From positions 32,001-96,000 of the forward strand of contig CAWJZV010000008.1 in NCBI GenBank assembly GCA_963847445.1: a DNA stretch of 64,000 bases, written 5' to 3'. This document shows positions 61,551-64,000 of this stretch, piece after piece. This DNA comes from an uncultured delta proteobacterium. Its GTDB lineage: Bacteria; Desulfobacterota; Binatia; UBA9968. Numbering within the stretch: position 1 is the first letter of the stretch; the number at the start of each line of letters is the position of its first letter. A model generated the notes under the pieces. It ran no database searches, had not been told where the DNA came from, and saw only the letters and a list, made by a program, of their open reading frames with translations. The translations under genes and the position numbers were made by a program.

Positions 61551-63239
61551 ATGTACGATCTTTTAATCAAGGGCGGGCGGATTTACGACGGCTCGGGGCT
61601 GCCGAGTCACCATGGCGATGTTGCCATCGCCGACGGCAAGATCGTCGAGACCGGACGAGTTAATGGCAGCGCGAAACAAACGTTAAAAGTCGACGGGCTG
61701 GCGGTGGCGCCGGGTTTCATCGATCCGCACACGCATATGGACGCACAGCTGTTCTGGGACCCGATGGGCACTTCGTCTTGTTTCCATGGCGTGACTTCCG
61801 TCGTCGTCGGCAATTGCGGCCTGAGCTTGGCGCCGGCGAAACCGGAGAACCGCGATTCCGTGGTGAAGAGTTTCGTGCGCGTCGAAGCGATTAGCCGGCG
61901 CGTGCTCGAACAAGGCTTTGAATGGCAATGGACTTCGACGGCGGAATATTTGCGCGCCCTGGGCACGCGGTTGGGGATCAACGTCGGCGCCTTGGTCGGC
62001 CATATCGCCGTGCGCCATTACGTCATGGGCGAAGACGCCGTCGAGCGCGCGGCGACGCCGGAAGAAATCATCAAGATGAAACAACTGGTGCGCCAAGGCA
62101 TGGAAGCCGGCGCCGTCGGCTTTTCCACCAATCAGAATCCGCGTCATATCCGCGAGGATTTAAAGCCGGTGGCGAGCCGGCTCGCTAGCGATGAAGAGCT
62201 CGGATCTTTACTTGACGTGCTCGGCGAGATGAATGCCGGCGTGGTGCAGTTGAGCGGCGGCGGCACCGACGCGCGCGGGCGCATCGAGTACGCCTCCGGG
62301 TTGGCGCGGCGCACCGGCCGGCCGGTGCTTTGGCAAAGCATTTCTCATAGTTGGACGCGGCCCGATCATTGGCGCGGCATGCTGGAAGCGACGGCGAAAG
62401 TTTTCCAGGAAGAAGGGTTGCCGATTTACGCCATGACTCAGGCCAAGCCGTTCGAGATGCGCTACAGCTTGCTCGATGCCCAGTGCTTCGATGAATTTTC
62501 CACATGGAAAACCGCGATGTTTAGCCCCGTGGACGTGCGCAAGCAGATGTTCGGCGATGCCGATTGCCGTAAAAAACTGCGCGCCGAGGCGATTGAAGAC
62601 AAATCGGCGTCGGTGTTTCCGCGGCGCTGGGATGTGGTCAACGTCGACCAGGTGAAGCTGGCGAAGAACAAATCCTTTGAACGACAATCGGTCGAAGCGG
62701 TCGCCAAGCTTCAAGGCAAGGACGGCTTGGATTGTTTCTTGGACTTGTCGCTCGAAGAGAATCTCGAAACCCGCTTCTCGCATATCACCACCCAGGGCGA
62801 TCCCAAGGCGGTGTGCGAGATTCTTAAACATCCGTCGGTGGTGGTCGGCCAGTCGGATGCCGGCGCCCATATGGGATACGACGCGCGCTTCGGTTACTGC
62901 ACCGCTTTCCTCGGCCGCTGGGTGCGCGATTACGGCATCATGAGCTTGGAAGAGGCGGTGTCGAAACTGACTTTTCGCGTCGCCTCGATCTTCGGTCTCA
63001 ACGACCGCGGCTTGCTGCGGCCCGGCATGGTCGCCGACATCGCGGTTTTCGATCCGGCGACGATCAACACGCAGGAGCCGGAGTACGTGCAAGACTTGCC
63101 TGGCAACGAAACGCGCATGATTCAAAAAGCCACCGGTGTGCCGTTTACCGTGGTGAACGGCACAGTGGTGATCGAGAACGGCGCGCCCACCGGCGCGTTC
63201 CCTGGTAAAGTGCTCAGGCCGACGGCGTGGAAGAATTAG
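61551..63239 (+). CDS. D-aminoacylase-like amidohydrolase
   Basis: PGFIDPHTHMD, GNCG, SDAGAH, DRGLLRPG..ADI.VFDP, PGKVLR; SD AAGGAG. Confidence 0.9.
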   Translation: MYDLLIKGGRIYDGSGLPSHHGDVAIADGKIVETGRVNGSAKQTLKVDGLAVAPGFIDPHTHMDAQLFWDPMGTSSCFHGVTSVVVGNCGLSLAPAKPENRDSVVKSFVRVEAISRRVLEQGFEWQWTSTAEYLRALGTRLGINVGALVGHIAVRHYVMGEDAVERAATPEEIIKMKQLVRQGMEAGAVGFSTNQNPRHIREDLKPVASRLASDEELGSLLDVLGEMNAGVVQLSGGGTDARGRIEYASGLARRTGRPVLWQSISHSWTRPDHWRGMLEATAKVFQEEGLPIYAMTQAKPFEMRYSLLDAQCFDEFSTWKTAMFSPVDVRKQMFGDADCRKKLRAEAIEDKSASVFPRRWDVVNVDQVKLAKNKSFERQSVEAVAKLQGKDGLDCFLDLSLEENLETRFSHITTQGDPKAVCEILKHPSVVVGQSDAGAHMGYDARFGYCTAFLGRWVRDYGIMSLEEAVSKLTFRVASIFGLNDRGLLRPGMVADIAVFDPATINTQEPEYVQDLPGNETRMIQKATGVPFTVVNGTVVIENGAPTGAFPGKVLRPTAWKN

Positions 63240-63385
63240 CAGGCTGCTGAAAAAGACCCTATGCTTCGTTGCGCTCAATCGCCTCGCGTCAACGTACTGC
63301 CGATGTACGCTCCGCTCGTCGATATTTCGCGCGCCTCGCCTATGGATCTTTTGAGCAGCCTGCAAGAGGCTTTTTCCGCAACCTG
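63239..63385. mobile_element. MITE-like non-autonomous element
   Basis: Inverted ends GCAGGCTGCTGAAAAAGA / TCTTTTGAGCAGCCTGC (63347-63363), a second right end TTTTTCCGCAACCTG, and no coding capacity. Confidence 0.55.
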
Positions 63386-63408
63386 GTAGGAGATTGGAAT
63401 ATGGAGTG

Positions 63409-64000
63409 ATGGGAAATTTGTTCAAGAGTTCAAAGGTTCAAGGGTTCAATCGGATCGTGCTTGGGTTTCTTTTCTTTACCCTTGAACCCTTGAACCTTGA
63501 ACGGGCATTCGCGCAGGCGAACTTTTATGCCGGCAAGACGGTCACCGTCGTCGTCGGATCGGCGCCGGGCGGACTTTATGATATCTGGGCACGGCTATTC
63601 GCTCGGAACATGGGGAAGTATATTCCCGGCAATCCGACCATGTTGGTGCAAAACATGCCGGGCGGCGGTTCGATGATCGCGGCGAATTATCTTTACGGCA
63701 TCGCCAAACCGGATGGTCTCACCATCGGCATGTTCCAGACCCATATGTATCTTGAGCAGCTGATCGGCCGGCCTCAGGTCAAGTACGACGTGCGCAAGTT
63801 CAACTGGCTCGGCTCCCAGGAAAAAGGCCAGATGATGCTCTACATCCGCGCCGACTCGCCGTATAAGTCGATTGACGACATCATCAAATCCAATGATGCG
63901 CCCAAGTGCGGCGGCTCCGGCAGTGCCGATCAGACGGCGTTATTGACTCGCTTGATCGAAGAAACCGTCGGCGGCAAATTCCACCGGATACTCGGTTACA
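63409..64000 (+). CDS. Tripartite tricarboxylate transporter substrate-binding protein (Bug/TctC), 3'-truncated by window edge
   Basis: Manual translation: AQANFYAGKTVTVVVGSAPGGLYDIWAR...IPGNPTMLVQNMPGGGSMIAANYLY..AKPDGLTIG; absent from the ORF track because there is no stop. Confidence 0.88.
   Translation, partial: MGNLFKSSKVQGFNRIVLGFLFFTLEPLNLERAFAQANFYAGKTVTVVVGSAPGGLYDIWARLFARNMGKYIPGNPTMLVQNMPGGGSMIAANYLYGIAKPDGLTIGMFQTHMYLEQLIGRPQVKYDVRKFNWLGSQEKGQMMLYIRADSPYKSIDDIIKSNDAPKCGGSGSADQTALLTRLIEETVGGKFHRILGY

Noticed and set aside
62208-63425. Long antisense ORFs (also 31821-33026, 58873-59946, 38946-39830, 30716-31651)
   Set aside because: They are shadows of well-supported genes on the opposite strand in GC-rich DNA and carry no family motifs.

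Overview
GC-rich bacterial chromosome segment with no rRNA, tRNA, CRISPR array, prophage or transposase. Gene content and style suggest a soil heterotroph like Candidatus Binatia (inference only). About 20 otherwise intact genes carry single-base indels, best explained as long-read consensus errors. The window is dominated by scavenging functions: about 15 solute-binding proteins with only one permease pair and no ABC ATPase, six amidohydrolases, ThDP enzymes, and LLM, VOC and alpha/beta hydrolase genes. Housekeeping genes are polA, aat and ptsP. The best candidate for an undescribed system is a three-gene minus-strand unit at 55.1-58.0 kb. It encodes a short BoxB-type diiron aryl-CoA epoxidase, a thioredoxin-like [2Fe-2S] ferredoxin and a stand-alone NuoF-like flavoprotein, apparently replacing the BoxA reductase, and is bracketed by a perfect 18-bp operator and a terminator. 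Other highlights: a sigma54-driven microprotein with classical C2H2 zinc-finger spacing, a second sigma54 promoter on a near-leaderless unknown gene, two tandem E1 alpha/beta pairs with no E2/E3, and an actinobacterial-type PolA.
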